Origin: an uncultured Nitrososphaerales archaeon
Lineage (GTDB): Archaea > Thermoproteota > Nitrososphaeria > Nitrososphaerales > Nitrososphaeraceae
Direction: 5' to 3'
Assembly (NCBI GenBank): GCA_963695855.1
Contig: CAVOHZ010000006.1
Location: forward strand, 164,229-228,228
Length of the DNA: 64,000 nt
The notes under the pieces were generated by a model. It was not told the DNA's origin, did no database searches, and saw nothing but the letters and a program-made list of their open reading frames with translations. The position numbers and the translations under genes were made by a program. This document shows, piece by piece, positions 61,758 to 64,000 of this stretch. Position 1 is the stretch's first letter, and every line of letters starts with the position of its first letter.

Positions 61758-61888
61758 GCTCGGTTCGACAGACATTTGATTCTGTCATATTCTTATATTA
61801 TATTCCAAGAGATATTTAGCTTTTATTATTAGAAGCATATTTTAAAATATATCAAAATCAAACTTTGGTTAATAGATTGTCATTTATC

Positions 61889-62071
61889 TTATTGAGATTT
61901 TCTGTTACAAATAGCATCTTTTTGGATTAATATGAATATCATTTGATAAAAAGAAATTCCTAATTTTAATGCCTCAAAATCTATTTTTTTTATTGATTCA
62001 TTATCTGATAAAGATAGTATAAATTCATCGATAATTCTTTTGAATTCATGTTCGTCATGGTGTTGAAACAT
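61889..62071 (-). CDS. Small hypothetical protein
   Basis: 60-aa ATG ORF with an AT-rich TATA-like upstream region. Confidence 0.5.
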   Translation of the reverse strand: MFQHHDEHEFKRIIDEFILSLSDNESIKKIDFEALKLGISFYQMIFILIQKDAICNRKSQ

Positions 62072-62308
62072 GAGCTTATTCTATCAATATAATTAATAAG
62101 AGTTTTTTAGAAATGTTAGAGACTAATGCATAACATTTGAAATAATAATATTCTAGAAAGAGCTATCATTTGGTCTTGGAATAGTCCATGTAGTAGGGTT
62201 CTACTACATTGTATATAGCTTTTTAAGAATACATTTACACATTATTTTGATTAGAGATTTGAATTAATTAATTAAATCTCTATTTATACAAAAGGTCTAA
62301 CAGTATCA

Positions 62309-63019
62309 TTAAAGCAATCTTACAATTGCAAAACCAATTATAAAGCCCAAGATTGCACCAAAAGTAGGAAGCCACTTTCTGTCTTTATGTGCTTTAGGTA
62401 TCATATCATAAAAGAGCATATAAAAAATACCTCCAGCAGATAATGCGAATATCAGTCCTATCATATAATGTAATCCTTGTAAAAAAAATAATCCTATTAA
62501 TCCAAGAATAACAGGAATTATAGATATAACACCAATCGCATAAAGAGCTCTTCTTGAATCCTTGAATGCTGTTTTTCCAGTTCTCATCTCTTTATACGCA
62601 GCAATACCCTCAGGAATATTTTGTATCCCAATAAGTAATGCTATTGCTAAAGCTGGACCAGCTGCTATTGAAGCTCCTATAGCTAAAGATTCAGGTAGTG
62701 TATCTAAACCAATACCAATTAGTATATCCGCTCCTCCACCTTTACGTGTAGCTATCACATCAGCAATTGTAAATATGATAGAGCCAAAAATGAAAAATAA
62801 AAATGTTTGAATTACTCCAATTGATTTTTCTGCCTGAATTACCATTCCAAATATAGCAGCAGATATTAAAATGCCTGCTCCAAATGCAGTTAAAAATAAA
62901 ATAACGGATGTGGAAAAATGTACATACTTTCCAATTATTGCACCAATAAATGAAGTTCCACCAGCAATTAATGTGATACCAATGACCATGAAAATATCAG
63001 TAAATGAAATAGCAGACAT
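62309..63019 (-). CDS. ZIP-family (ZupT/GufA-like) metal transporter
   Basis: AFGAGILISAA, LDTLPESLAIG, IQNIPEG, AGGIFYM..DMIPKAH. Confidence 0.9.
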   Translation of the reverse strand: MSAISFTDIFMVIGITLIAGGTSFIGAIIGKYVHFSTSVILFLTAFGAGILISAAIFGMVIQAEKSIGVIQTFLFFIFGSIIFTIADVIATRKGGGADILIGIGLDTLPESLAIGASIAAGPALAIALLIGIQNIPEGIAAYKEMRTGKTAFKDSRRALYAIGVISIIPVILGLIGLFFLQGLHYMIGLIFALSAGGIFYMLFYDMIPKAHKDRKWLPTFGAILGFIIGFAIVRLL

Positions 63020-64000
63020 CTTATTCTAATAATTCAAATTAATATCATATTATAAATTTAATTGGAAATAGTTTTCAAGTTAAAATTTACAAATCTATAC
63101 TTGCGTACGATTTTATATAACCCAATTAAAATACTATTATTCATATATTTAGCTAATCTGAATGACTTTAGTAATACTATGTGAGGTATAAACCGACCTT
63201 GGCGAAGAATGGTAATCAGGCATTAATACAACACAAAAAAGTTCTCCGTTCTTGAACACTTAAATAGCTGTAATGGTATATTATAGTACCACTAAAATCT
63301 CTATAGCGTATTTTTGCGGCACTAATCTTAATCAATCTGATGCGGAGAGAAAAAAAGAAGTATATAACATTAACCTATGGAGAATCTTCATGCCCATTTG
63401 GTGGATTACTTAATACATTTGTCTCCTAGATGACTAGATGTTATCTCCTTTTTTTAATATATTTGAACGGATTTAAAGAAACATTAAATGGACCAACACC
63501 TACTGCGCCTCCAATATTAATTTCTCTTGATGTACTTTCAGTTGATGCAACTTCGCCAATTATTAAATCATACCCACAAAAACGACAAAAGGATACTAAA
63601 TTCACCTGAAGATGTATAACAGTAAATCTAAAAAAATTTAAGTTTATTAATTTTTGTGATAATACATACCGAACTTAAGGAAGCATTAGTTGAATAATTC
63701 AATTATTGTTTGAAGATCCAAAGAGGTGGGCCCTAGAATACTGCGGGCCAGACAGGAGTGATACAGATAGTGGCACAAAAACAAGAGTTTATTGTAGGTA
63801 TACTACTATCTTGTATTTAGCTTTTATTATTAGAAACTTATTTTTAAATGGATACCAATGTGGAGTTACTATAAAAATTAATATTATATATTTTGATATA
63901 TAAAAAAATATTAAATTAATTAGTCATTTTTGATGGTAGTAGCTTGTAATAATTCGCCCATTTCATTATGCATTTTAAGATAGTTTAGTCCTTTTTCTGT

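Overview
AT-rich archaeal DNA, most consistent with a soil ammonia-oxidising archaeon of the Nitrososphaerales (Ca. Nitrosocosmicus-like). This rests on the Zfx-type ferredoxin, thaumarchaeal-style secreted proteins and archaeal tRNA fragments; it is an inference, not a database result. The window is an IS-saturated accessory region: IS481 x3, IS630 x2 plus a remnant, IS5-group x5, and several IS6 copies, fragments and a MITE, some nested. It also holds many pseudogenes (arylsulfatase, hsdM, cupin, Zn-dependent dehydrogenase, DUF6293). Intact cargo includes a cytochrome P450, an NADP oxidoreductase, an HSL esterase, an Lrp/glnA/split glutamate-synthase-like cluster, a HerA-like ATPase, MntH, a PKD-patatin, acetolactate synthase and a ZIP transporter. 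Highlights: (1) an apparently intact homologue of eukaryotic cytosolic peptide:N-glycanase (Png1/NGLY1); (2) an IS-split tyrosine integrase next to a tRNA-Ala 3' att site, with three further co-oriented att-like copies suggesting tandem accretion of integrative elements; (3) a glnA-gltB1-gltB3 cluster whose FMN subunit survives only as a relic; (4) an 11-bp-period repeat array between divergent coiled-coil genes; (5) IS481 transposases lacking a canonical start codon. No CRISPR array, rRNA or complete tRNA was seen.
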